The notes under the pieces were generated by a model. It saw nothing but the letters and a program-made list of their open reading frames with translations. It was not told the origin of the DNA and made no database searches. The position numbers and the translations under genes were made by a program. This document shows positions 51,614 to 64,000 of a DNA stretch of 64,000 nt, piece by piece. Within the stretch, counting starts at the first letter, position 1; every line of letters starts with the position of its first letter. The DNA comes from Schmidtea polychroa (Eukaryota), in assembly GCA_044892525.1 (NCBI GenBank), contig CM097885.1:150660001-150724000 (forward strand), given 5' to 3'.

Positions 51614-53321
51614 CAGTGGTCGCAATTAGATTTTAGGTATCGTGCCAAGAAAGATGATTTTCCTCAAACCATTATTTCGGCGTGCCGAATATATTCCATA
51701 AAATAAAATATTATTGAAATGTAAGAAATTAATATGTACTTATTCGTTTTTATATTAATTTTTATTTATTTCATTTATACTTTGATTTTATTTATATTTA
51801 AATATAAATTAATATAAAAAAAACTTAAATATATTTAATCAAAAGAAAACAAAAATATCAGATACATTCTTCAATATCAAAAATTAAATTAAATAAAACA
51901 TAATAAGAATTAAACAACCAAAAAAAAATATCAAAAATTAAACAATGAATAAAAGTTTACTTAAATTAGTAAGGAACAAAATATTTTTTCTACTGTTGTC
52001 CAGTATCAGATCTTTTTTATATAAATTGCGACTCTAAGTGGTCTATATTTGGTATGTAATGGGTTACTTTTAAAGCAACACAAGCCTCGGAATTGTCACT
52101 AACCATTCTTTTTCTGGTTTTGGTTAAAATTACATTCATTTGAGAAAATAAGAATTCGCAAAAGTAAGTTGAAGGATATACTGTTAATACGGCTATTACT
52201 AGCTTTTTAATGATGAAAACTGATTTGGAAAACCTTGCCACAACTTTAGAACTTCATCGTCCATGTTAAATGTTATATCATTTTCTTTTAATTGACTTTC
52301 GACCATTATTCTAAAATCTACAAATTTTTCACGCCAAATCAAACTGGCTTGGAATTCTAGCAGTTCACTATCGAAATCGTCAAAGTCTAGCCATCTAAAT
52401 TCACCGAAATTATTGTCCGGAATAAACTTGTCAGGATATCGGATAAACTTAATTAAATGTTCGATATTTTTAATATGTTGGAATCGATTTTCAAATGATT
52501 CTTGTGTACTTAATATAATTTTACGAAATTCATCAAAAATATCTTGTAGGTTTTCTTCTCTTATGTCAGTATTTTTCAAAAAAAATTTAAATTTGGAAAA
52601 TATTTCAATTCTTCATAATTTGTTTCTAATTTTTTAAGTAATTTACAATTAATTTTAGTTTCATTTCAAAAGCATTAATGTGTCAAAATAAAATATCCAA
52701 TGATTTTCCATAACCCTGCAGTTTCTTGTTTAATTCATTCAAATGTATAGTAAAATCAGTTAAAAATATTAACTTTAGTAACCATCTAGTATCGGTAAGC
52801 TCTGTAAATATTTTTTATGTCATGTAAAAAAAGACGAATTTCGTCCAAGCATAAAACAAATCTTTCTAAAGATAGTGCGCGACTAAGCCATCGAACGTGA
52901 TTATATGGTACATTTAGATCTGCCATTAACTTTTTAAACTGTCTTTTGGACAAATCAATGGCAACAATATAATTAAATATCTTACTCACAACATTCATCA
53001 CGTGATTTAGTAAAAAAAAACTCCATCTTTGGCACATAGTGCTTCGAGATGAATGATACAATGGAAACCCAAAACAGGGTGACCGATTTCATTTTGTAGT
53101 AATACTTGGAATCCTGAATCTTTACCTACCATATTGGGGCACCTATCAGTAGAAATTGAGCATATTTTTTTAATATCAATGTTCGAATCAATTAATGTTT
53201 TTTTTACAATTTCAAAAATGTCAACGCCCCATGTTCGCTCTGGTAAAGTTTCCAACTTTAATAATTCTTCACGCATTTTTCCTTCTGTAGCATATCGTAT
53301 AGTTATTGTTAGCCTTGCATC

Positions 53322-53363
<42 letters not shown>

Positions 53364-54283
53364 TACTTTCATCAACGCCGATAGCGAATACCTCAGCTGA
53401 GCATATATCTGATTTTAACTGGGAAAAAATATTTTCCCGTAGTTTTAATATTCTATCTTTAACCGTATTTGGGCTCAGTTGAACGTTTTTAATGCGCATG
53501 ATTATTTTATGTTTATTATCGAAGTCTTCAAAAAGTTTTTCAGTACAATTCAAAAGAGTAGTTTTAAAAAAATCACCATCAGTAAATGGTTTTCCGTGTT
53601 TAGCGATTTCGTTTGCTATATTAAAACTAGCGGCAGTTATATTATTTGTCAATTTGACAAATTTATTCATATTACTTGATTGGCATTGAAGATTCTCAAT
53701 TTTTTTCGAAAAAAAAACTTAATTTTGCAATCGATGAATGGCTGGATTCAAAATGACGTTTGACTGATGATGGACTACAGATATGAGACATAAAACACAA
53801 TGTGCTTTGGCATTCTTTTCAATCATCCCATAATGAAATTTCCAAGAATCTTGAAATGAATCTTTACGATTATCTGTTGAAGTTTTATACATTTTGGACG
53901 GCTAATAATAAAAACCAAACTAAAAAAAACTTACCAAATGTAATTCAGTGAAATATTTTGAAAGTTTTCTGAACGAATTTTTTCGAACGTCTTCGATTTC
54001 TTTATTCGATAATATTCAAAATATCAAAAAAAGATTGCATTTTTAAACAAAACACTAAGACTAGGTAAAACATAAATATTTTTAACAAACAAAATAAAAC
54101 AGTAAATAAAAATGCAACTCACTGAAATGTCAAAAAATTATCTTAATGATTGAAAGTAAAAAAATAAATAATAAAATCTATTTTTGTGACAAAATTTATT
54201 TTTTTCATATTTTTATCATTCATGCCAGCAAAATTTCGAAGCGTGCCAATCTTGGCACGTGTGCCACGTAATTGCGACCACTG
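51614..54283 (-). mobile_element. hAT DNA transposon (2,670 bp) with disrupted SPIN/GTF2IRD2-like transposase
   Basis: 15-bp TIR CAGTGGTCGCAATTA. Perfect 8-bp TSD GTCTAGAA (51606-51613, 54284-54291). Minus-strand pieces VDEST, STDRCPNMVGK, FHCIIHLEALC, HVRWLSR, STYFCEFLFSQM are broken by stops and frameshifts. Confidence 0.92.
53325..53360. repeat. (TA)n microsatellite inside the hAT transposase
   Basis: About 18 TA units, directly after the DEST motif codons on the minus strand. Confidence 0.9.
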
Positions 54284-56584
54284 GTCTAGAATTTGAAATA
54301 AGTAAATTAAAGTTAAAAATTTTAAATAAGTAAATTAAAGTAAGATTTTTAAATTTATTAACAAAAATTTTGTATAACCAACAGGTTCTGAGAAATAAAA
54401 ATTTTAAATGTAAATTTTAATGAAATAATTTTTAAAATCAAATTTAAATGAAAATTTTTATGAAAAAAGGTAAAATTAAATACAAATTTTTATTAAATTA
54501 ATTTCAAAGGCAGAATTCAATTAACTTCTACTAACAATAACACTAGTAAATAAAGGTTATATTTGGTAAATAAGTAAATGAAGGACTAAATTTAAAAAAG
54601 CTAATATACCCAATTTTTTACGGACGAAAATGGCACACCCCAAAAAATGACTAGATTTTGCCAAATTCACATTAACCCTATCAGACATAAAATCATCAAC
54701 AACATTATGCTCACACATAATAGCCGTAATACCCAGCAATATTTTAAATGAGATAGCAGACAGTATCGACGAGATAGCAGTCAACAAGAACCCTTTCGAA
54801 ATACAACTGGGAAAAGAAAAACCTAGCGAATTCTTAAAGAACCTCAAAAGAAAACTAGAACACTTACAGCCCAAAATAACAAGTTCGGAGTCTAATGAAT
54901 TCGTAAAAGATTTTTTTATGAGGGCTGTGCCATCGGAAATCAGGCGCATCTTCGTTGCAAACGACTGCACAGACCTCAACGCGTTAGCCGAAATAGCTGA
55001 CAAAATTAACGACAAAATATTTCCAACAATCTGTAAGACATACAGAAAACAAAACCAGTTGGAAAAAAAACGAGAAAATATGCAAGAACAAGAAAACCAT
55101 AACAATGAAACCAATAAACTTCTAAACTCTCTAATAAAGAAAGTAGATGAAGTAATAACAGAAAACAAGAACCTTCGGATTGACCTACAAGAATCACAAA
55201 GGAGAGAAGCAAGGAAAAACCAAAACTACCAAAACATACCTATCGAATAAAATACAAATTTTAACAACCGATTCGACAAAACACACATTTCAAATAATAA
55301 TTATAATTAGAACCAAAACTGGTGCAACGATCAAAAAAAATTCAGAGACAAGGCTTCCAAACGCAATGGCCCTTGCTCTTTCCACAACAAAAGTTCGGAA
55401 AACAATTAAAGTCGCCAATTACAGCACCAACATTCGGCGACTGCGAAATATTCATGTGGCAAAGTAAAAACACAAGTTTCCTTGTTGACACAGGTTCAAT
55501 AATCAGCATATTACCCATATATTTATTCAAAAACCCAAAAGAAAAAATTTCAAACTCTGCGCAACAAACGGCAAGAACATAAAAACCTACGGCAAACAAC
55601 AACTATCCATCAAAATAAATCAGACAGATTACAGCTGGGAATTTACTATAGCCGACGTAAAATAAGCTATTTTAGGCGCTGATTTCCTATTCAACTACAA
55701 CCTATTCGTAGACTGCAGAAACAAAAAAATAATACAAAACCCAACAAAACAGACAAATACCCAAACAACAAACCTAACTACACAATCGCGAACACACAAT
55801 TAAATTGCAACATTGGCGTAATATATACGAAGACAATCGAAAACAATACCAAAAACTGCGAAAAAACAACAACAAACATAAACAACCCAAAATCAAAAGT
55901 AATAAAAGAACTTCTCAAAGATTACCTCACAATAACAGACAAACTCACATATGAAAACACAAATAAATGCATAACAGAACACGCAATCATAAATCCAGTC
56001 CACGCCAAAGTAAGACAACTAGATAACAAAAAGCTCACAATGAAAAAATTAATTTCCAACGACCTATTAAAAAATAAAATAGTCTAACACTCAAACTCAA
56101 ACTGGTCTTTGGCACTAATGTTAAAAGAAAAAGCAAACAGCGAATGGAGAGCATGCGGAGACTACAGAACACTAAACCATATAACAGTACCCGACAAATA
56201 CCACATACCGATAATCAACGACATCATTAACAGAATACATAACCCGAACTATTTCAGCAAGATCGACTTAAAAAAAGCCTACCACCAAATTCCAGTGCGC
56301 GACAAAGACATTAAAAAGACTGCAATAATAACACCAATCGGTCTATTTGAATACAACAGAATGCCATTTGGTTTAAAAAGTCCAGCGCGACTTTCCATAT
56401 ATTCATGGATCAAATACTAAGAAATCATAGAAACACAGTAACGTATTTAGACAATATTTTAATCGCAGAACACATACAAGACATAAACGAAGTATTAAAA
56501 ACCCTCAACAACCACAACCTCAAAATCAACATAAAAAATTCATGAAACACGAAGTGAAATTTCTCAGCGAAAACGGAACAAGAC

Positions 56585-57295
56585 TGTAATGTACAGTTAT
56601 ACATTTTATTATTTTTTAAACAAGGTTTCATGATACCTTGTTATTCCATTGAGCGTATGTCACGTTTGGAAAGCAATAAAAAGACTATATAGCGATAATT
56701 TACCATAGTAAATTATCGCTATACAAAAATTGATGAAAAATTAAAAAAAATCAATTAAGAAAATAGCAGAAATCAAAATTCCGACTTCCAACAAATCTCA
56801 AGTGTATTATCTTACCTTATGTATCCGGGAAAGTTTTATTAAGTGATATTTGTTCAATCCACAGTTTAATCCTTGTTTAATCCTCAAGCAACAAAGAAAT
56901 CTGAGCAGATTATTTAGCAAGAACTGGTTCGCCGTAACAAACGTCATCTCCATCCTCAAGGTTTTTTTAATTTCAATTAAATAAAGTTATTGTTACAATT
57001 GTTAATTTGTTAAGTAGATTAATTTGCTTTAATATTTTTACTACGATTTTATATCGTTAAGATTTTATCTCGTTAGTACTGTAATTTTATTAGAATTTAT
57101 TATAGTAAAATGTCCTTACACAGCACACACCCGATTGTCCCGCCACATTTTTTAACGGCGACTCTATCGGGCTCTACAAATTTCTCCTCACACTCGCACA
57201 TAGCAACACGAACTTAACATAGTTCGCATTATAGTCTGGAATAAAATATAATTATATAACAGAAAATTAATAACCTAAAGCCTCCAACTATAATA
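56585..57295. mobile_element. Nested 711-bp insertion, probable solo LTR
   Basis: 5-bp TSD AAGAC (56580-56584, 57296-57300). Removing it restores RT ...ENGTRPLEDKIK. Starts TGTAAT and ends ATAATA (degenerate end). Confidence 0.65.
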
Positions 57296-57375
57296 AAGAC
57301 CATTGGAGGACAAAATAAAGACAATTAAAGAATTTCCACTTCCCAAAACAACAAAAGAATTGAGACGATTCCTAG

Positions 57376-58393
57376 TGTTGAAGTTGTTAAAGTAAATTAT
57401 TAAATTATGTCAAATTGAATAGTTCCAAATAAAAAGAAAACCGAAATTGAACAAAAAAGAATGGTGGTCAAGCAGAGAATTAATGGCAAAGAAAGATATG
57501 AAAAAAACAGAACTATAAAAGAGTACAATCAGACACGAAATGGAAAAATGCGCAAACCTGAGGAAGTGGAATAAAGTTAAATGTTATTTAAATTGAAGCT
57601 GGAAAACGGGAGAGGTGTAGATTAGGGAATGGTGAAGAAGGCAGTGAGCAATAAATTGTTAGAAAATGTTTAGCAAGGGTCGTAAAACAGGCAAATATGA
57701 AAAGACACAAAATATTAACTAATTAATTAATTGGCTAATGGGAAACCCGAGCTAATGGGAAGTCCGAGCCAATCGAGAACCCGAGCAATGAAGAATACCC
57801 GAGCGCGGTAATTTTGGTAAATAAACAAACTGGGAGTTTAGAGGGAAATCATCCAAACAGTCGGATAAACGATGGTAAACACAAGAAGGGGAATTACTAA
57901 AAGGGTCAACAGAAATATCTAACTAGAGAACATTAACTAAAGAAGTCAAAACCAATTAGGTCAAAAATGGAGCAATTACAACGATTATGGGAATATATAA
58001 GGAAACTCGAAATTCAGATGATCGGCAGTAGCCTCAGGTAGGGAAGAAGAAACTGACAATAGGAGTCTGAGGAATAAACTCAAGAACTGAAAGGGAATTA
58101 TAAGAGGAACTGAAGATTTAGAAAAAGGATTATTAAAGGAGTTTGGATCAGAGAGCGGAATATCAAATAAAAAGGTGAAAGTTATTTTAAAATATCACAA
58201 GGTCGAGACTATCCTGAGCGAAGTTCGATCAGAAATCGCAAGCAAAATCGTGGTTAACTAACAGTTGTACTTATTTATTGAGAATTGTAAATTTGCTATA
58301 AAAATATACATTGGGAGTTTGTGTTTGTCAATTTTGGAACACGTGGAGTCACAGTAACCAACAGTCGACTTCTTAGTATCATAAAACCCAACA
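57376..58393. mobile_element. Nested solo LTR (1,018 bp)
   Basis: TGTTG...CAACA termini. 4-bp TSD CTAG (57372-57375, 58394-58397). Removing it restores LRRFLGMINFY. Confidence 0.85.
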
Positions 58394-59869
58394 CTAGGAA
58401 TGATCAATTTCTACCACAAACACAACCCAAAATACAGCGAAATCCTTGCACCATTAAACGAACTAAACAAAACTAAAAGAGACATCAAAAATCAACTGGA
58501 ACAGTGACCTAGAAAGATCTTTCGAAAAGGCTAAAACGAATTTATCAAACACAAGCCTAATAAATTACCCAGACCCAAACCAAACATACATCATCAACAC
58601 ATATTGCTCAGGAACAGCAATGGGAGGCACAATATACCAAGAGAAAAACAACGACCCATAGCATTCTTTTTAAAAATAACTCAAAGTACACAAAATGCGT
58701 CATTCCACTTTCGACAGAGAACTGCTGGCAGTACATGACACAATAAAACACTTTCAATACCTTTAAGAAGGAAAAGAGTTCAAAGTGTTCACAGACTTCA
58801 AACCACTAGTAAACGCAATCAACATGAAACTACCGTCCAAAAGACAAATATGTCAACTAAATTACATCTCATAATTCAATTGTAAAATAAAGTACATAGC
58901 AGGCGCAACAAATATTTTTTGCAGACACACTTTCACGAATTCAAACAAAAACAAACGCAATTAGTATGAACCCGATTGTGGACAAAGAAACAATGAAAAA
59001 CAAACAAGAAACAACCATAAAAAAGTTTCTAAAACATCACTCATTAACCTTAAAAGAGATCAACGAAATTTGGCACGACGTATCAAACGAAAACAATAAA
59101 AGAGTCATAGTGCCTGAGGAGTACAGAAACGAACTTACAAAACGATTCCACAACATTTACCATCCAGGAACAAAAGCCACATACGAACCTTTACACACCA
59201 AAGTCGTTTGTCCATGTATAAGAAGGGACGTAAAAACGTTTGTAGAAAACTGCCCACATTGCTAAAAGAACAAAATAATAACAAAACAACTCAAAGCAAC
59301 AGTTGTACAATTTCCAAATTCGGAACCATTCGAAACAATACATATCGACATAGTCGATTCTCTACCCCAAAACAACAAACACAAGTATTTGCTAACTATA
59401 ACAGACCGAAAAACAAATTGATTCGAAGCCATACCCATAAAAAAAATATCAGCAACAAAAATATGTAGTAAATTAGAACTAAACTGGTTCGCACGGTATG
59501 GCTGCCCAAAAACAATAATCAGCGATCATGGTAGACAGTTCGAATCCGACATTTTTAAAGGACTTTGCAACAAATATAACATCACCAAAATAAGAACAGC
59601 ATACAATCTACAATCAAATGGAAAAGTGAAGAGTTTACAACGATCAATAAAACAAGCAATCAGAACAAAAACGAACAATTAAAACAACTGGTTAGAAAAA
59701 TTGCCAGAAATATTAATAGGATTACGAAACAACCCTTCAAGCTTTTCGGACACAACACAAATCTGAAAACAAGATAAAAACAAATAATAACGAACCACAA
59801 ATACCCAAACAAAAAAACATCCTGAAAAACAAAATCACTCAACAAACACAAAACCAAACAGAATTAATA

Positions 59870-60910
59870 ATAATAATTTACTTTGTCAAAAAAATATCGC
59901 TTGTATGAAAGAATTTAATATAAAACGCCATTATGAAACAAATCATCATGAGTATCATAAATTTGAGGATAAAATTCGAAAAACTCGATTTACTGAAAAA
60001 AGTTTTTTTCTCACCACAAAGTATTTTCAGAAACATAAACCAAGATGGTGAGGTGTCTCTGGAAACTAGCTATAATCTTGGTCTTTTGATTGCGAAATCT
60101 TATCGTCCATTTACTAAAGGTGAATTTATAAAAAATGTTTAATAACTGCATCGGAAAAATGTGTCCTGATCTTACCAAAAAAATTGAAAATCTCTCACTG
60201 AGCAGAACAACAGTACAAAGACGAGTTTTTGAACTTGTAAAAGATTTTTCTTCGCAATTAAAGGAGCAATCACAAAAAAATTTTTTATATTTGTCCCTTG
60301 TCGCAGATGAATCTACCGATATTTTATCAACAGCACAATTGATGATTTTTTTTTCGGGGTATAACTGATAATTGTAAAGTTATCGAGGAAATGCTGGCCG
60401 TCAAATCGATGAAGGGACAAACAATAGTTGAAGACTTAAGATTAATTTATTGGAAGCCTGCAAGGATGCCAATTTTAATTTAGATAGGTTAGCTGGAATT
60501 ACTACCGACGGTGCACCGTCTTTGATTGGTGTTAATAATGTTATGGTGTCATTGATTGCCAAAGATCTCGGAGAGCGAAATCACAAATTATTACGATTTC
60601 ATTGCATAATTCACTAACAAAACCTTTGGGGAAGAGACCTTGGAATGGAACACGTAATGAAAATCGTTATTTCAACTGTTAATTTCATTAAAAAGAGGGC
60701 AAATAATCTGTTTCTTGAGGAGATAGAAGCTGAATATCATGATCTTATCTATTACTGTGAAGTACGATGGCTTAGTAAAGGAAATTGCCTGAAACGGTTA
60801 CTGAATTTATTATCAGAGATTTATGAGGGATAAAGAAAACATTGTACCAGAAATTAATGATGAAAAAAGGCTAAGTGAATTAGCTTTCCTGGTAGATGTC
60901 ACAACTCAGC
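59870..60910 (+). pseudogene. hAT (SPIN/GTF2IRD2-like) transposase pseudogene, truncated
   Basis: CQKNIACMKEFNIKRHYET, LSRTTVQRR, DESTDILSTAQL, TTDGAPS, FHCIIH, YYCEVRWLSKG. Frameshifted, no TIRs found. Confidence 0.85.
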
Positions 60911-63900
60911 GTAAGCTTTGATACCTAGTGCAAGTCCTAATATTAGAGTAATTTAAGGTTTTGGCTATCATCAGTACTATGCAGGAGACGCGAATATTTC
61001 TCTTATACAACAGTAAATATACAACAGTGTTGATTCAACTTTATTGCTTACTTTCCTCAGCACACTGAATATCACATCGTTTGCCAAAAGCTCGAAACTA
61101 GTCTACTATTGGGACTTACGCTGGGTTGCACAAAGCTTACAATTTTTAATTATTGTTTGAACTTTATTATTAATTTTTGTTATTAAACGAGAATAAACAA
61201 TTGTCGGGTAGTGGTGAAAATCAAAAAGAAAATGTTGACGAAACCGTTAGTTACTAAAAGAAAATTGAAAAATAAAATCAACCTTTCCAACCTTTATACT
61301 AAATTTAATAATATTTTAAAAGTAATCGATTTAATAGCTGAGATTGTGCTTTAGACAATCTCTGTTTATAAATGTAATAATTATTCTATACCCCAAATTG
61401 TATTTGTATACATTATACATTCATATTCATATCAATAAACACGGAATTCCTATACAGCACATCTAATCCTGCTTAAATTGAATTTGTACAATTTCACTGA
61501 TTACATTTATAAATACACTATTTTCATGAAGTAGTTTTTACTAATCAGGACGATAAAAATCGTAAACATTTTTCATGGGTCCCGGACGCCATCCATGACA
61601 AACTCAAGCCGGTTTACAAACATAACGTTTGTTTTTAACTATTTGAAACAAATAAACCGATTGCCGTTGAAAATTTGTCATTGTTTTGAAAATGTTTTAC
61701 TGATACACTCCACAAACCCAAATCAATTGTTTACTATTGCAAAAGTAAACAAGTCATCGGTAAACATTGTATTACTATTAACAATAAACAACTAATCTTG
61801 GCGGAAAGGTTTTCTGTAAATTTTCTCTGACAAATCTTTAATAATGATTTCGCAAAGGGTCACTATGACAAAAAAACGATAATATATAAATTCATTTTGA
61901 TTATAATTTAATATTATAATTTAATATTATAATTAATTATAATTTAATATCCATCAAGATTCCCCATTCAGACGTGCAAGGTAATTAGGTGAAATACTCT
62001 TGTTTTGCATCTAGTTTATACCTGCATTATTTAATACATGAAACAACAATAAATATATCAAATCACTCTAACATCTTTGTAAGGAGTTAGTAAACCTCTA
62101 TATAAAATTATTATGGTTAAATGGTAGAAGTGAGATCAGTTAGTAGAAATAATTATTTCTGTTAAATTTGTATATTTAAATTCTATATTAAATTATATCA
62201 TATTATATTAAATTATATTAAATTAAATCAATTAAATGTATGACCAGTAATTACATTAATATTAATAATTATCACGCCTCGGTGTTTAAATATTCTAGTA
62301 AACGGCTCAATTTTTGAAGTTGTTATAAAAATAAATGCTTGAAGAAGACTTGAATTTAATTGCGTCTAACAATCTTTATATAATGTCCGGTTAATTATTC
62401 TTAAAAAATTAAGGTTACAAAAAGTTTATCATGTAACATATCACGCGATTTTTCATGAATATCACATCCATTCTTGACATGTCTTGTGGATTCGAACCTT
62501 CAATCACATGTTAAAGTATATACAGTAATGTATTCTTATAAGGCGGCTTCTTATAGAGAGATTTTCTCTGACCAGGTTTCAAAGGATCTTGTTCGTTTAG
62601 TTTGTGTCGCCAGGATGTTATAAAACTATGACGCTGGACAAAAGTTCGATGAAAGAAAATCAATTTTTAATTTAACATCACGGAAATGAGGAAAAATTTA
62701 TTGATAAAGGATAATTTAAAAAGGATTGAAAATGTAAGTGGGTTCGACCGAGTTTCAATAATATATACTATTTATCAGTGATTTGTCCTGTTAGTGAATT
62801 ATTCATTATCTTTACTGTAAGAAAATATTTTTAATAGGGAATATAAAATCATTCATTTTAACTTCTTATATGGAGTCCTATTTTGTATTCAAAAGATGAA
62901 AAACCACTTTATTTCCATTTGTCAATTATATGTGCACAAAACATATTTCATACTTACAAAGACTTCGGTTTTAAGTCAAAAATTTCGAAGCCAGATGTTT
63001 TTCCAAATTTACCCATTCAATCTTTTGATTAAACTTTCACTTAACTGAAATTTTATGTTTTTCGACAGTCTTTTGTTTAAGTATTTATTTAATAATTATT
63101 TATATTTAAATTGTATATCTATAATTATCAATGTATGATTGTAATGAGTGATGAATGAATAAATTATGATCAATGGCTCAAAATATGAAAATATTATTTC
63201 TCAAACAATTTATAATGTTGTCTAAATAATAATAGTTTTGAACTTAAATTCAAAAAGAAGTGTTTTAATTCTAATAAAACAGTTTGCTAAACGCGACAAA
63301 ACAATGATGAAATGTATATTTTTCTGCCATATTGTTTGTATACAGAGCCGAAATCCGGTCACGTTTGAGAAGACTTTGTGATTCACGAAAAGCTTATTCT
63401 AAAATATGCGGGGCCCATATGCATTGATATCATGCGTACATGTAGTAATTTAAATCACAGAGCTCATTAATTGCAGACAAATGGAGTCAGCTGGCTGAAT
63501 TTGTAAATGATAAGTCTTGTGGATTGCAATCAAGCATGTCCATTTTATAAAACAATTATAAAATTGAGTTTGAAATGATATAATATTTCCCTGTAATTCT
63601 GAGATCTAAACTGAGTTATGTACTTCCAGCGGCCATTCATTTTGAAAACGTTTGATTTTTGGTAGGTATTGATAATTTGTTTACCTTTTTGTAACTTGAT
63701 GTCAAAAATTTACACAAATGGCTGCCTAGAAAGAGATTGGTGCCAATATGAATATGAAACCCAAATCATTTAACGCATTAAGAACTGAATGTTTAAATTA
63801 ACTGCGCAAGCAAAGTCTAAAAATTTTCGAAAATGATATGCTTTTTTATTTTTTCAGGCACTTCAAATCTGCATATGGACGTTGTTGAGTTTTTTAACTT

Positions 63901-64000
63901 TTTTTAATTTCTTTGCCGCTTCGCTCATATTCTGATATGATTTTCCAAGCTGTATTATACTTAATACCAACTGACTTTGCAGCAACACCGATATCCGAGC

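Larger units (their letters stand above)
54600..59870 (+). mobile_element. Decayed Ty3/gypsy internal region (gag, PR, RT, RH, INT) interrupted by two nested insertions
   Basis: FLVDTGSIISIL, ACGDYRTLN...KIDLKKAYHQIP...MPFGLK, LRRFL|GMINFY, FDRELLA, HNIYHPG...CPHC, HIDIVD, ISDHGRQFES. Many stops and frameshifts. Confidence 0.85.

Noticed and set aside
60911-61140. 10-bp inverted repeat GTAAGCTTTG...CAAAGCTTAC ending the hAT remnant
   Set aside because: Too short and no TSD, so it cannot be called an element.
61000-64000. Possible genes or RNA genes in the last 3 kb
   Set aside because: No ORF with motifs and no tRNA/rRNA structure recognisable. It appears to be AT-rich intergenic DNA.

Overview
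AT-rich animal genomic DNA (spliceosomal introns, N gaps). Composition and gene content fit a planarian-type flatworm, but the sequence alone cannot prove that. 226-8579: a six-exon T-box gene of the Tbx2/3 (omb) class. 11840-42493: an apparently intact, very recently inserted giant Ty3/gypsy LTR retrotransposon of 30,654 bp on the minus strand, with two 4,131-bp LTRs (TGTTGG...CCAACA), a TTAG target-site duplication and a tRNA-Pro primer-binding site. Its single 4,811-codon ORF reads Gag (3 CCHC knuckles), three ubiquitin-like domains, a Bcl-2-like domain, a chuvirus-type fusion glycoprotein, protease, RT, RNase H, integrase, ankyrin repeats, and a second signal/TM module. It also carries a full TRAF gene, an IAP-type RING gene, several coiled-coil ORFs, an ORF inside the LTR and an 80-bp tandem array. 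This looks like an enveloped, virus-like retroelement carrying a cell-death/ubiquitin-signalling toolkit, and it is the main discovery candidate. 42494-64000: decayed transposons (hAT, Tc1/mariner MITE, nested gypsy fragments, solo LTRs). All domain calls come from motif recognition by eye; no search was run, and sub-ORF domain boundaries are approximate.
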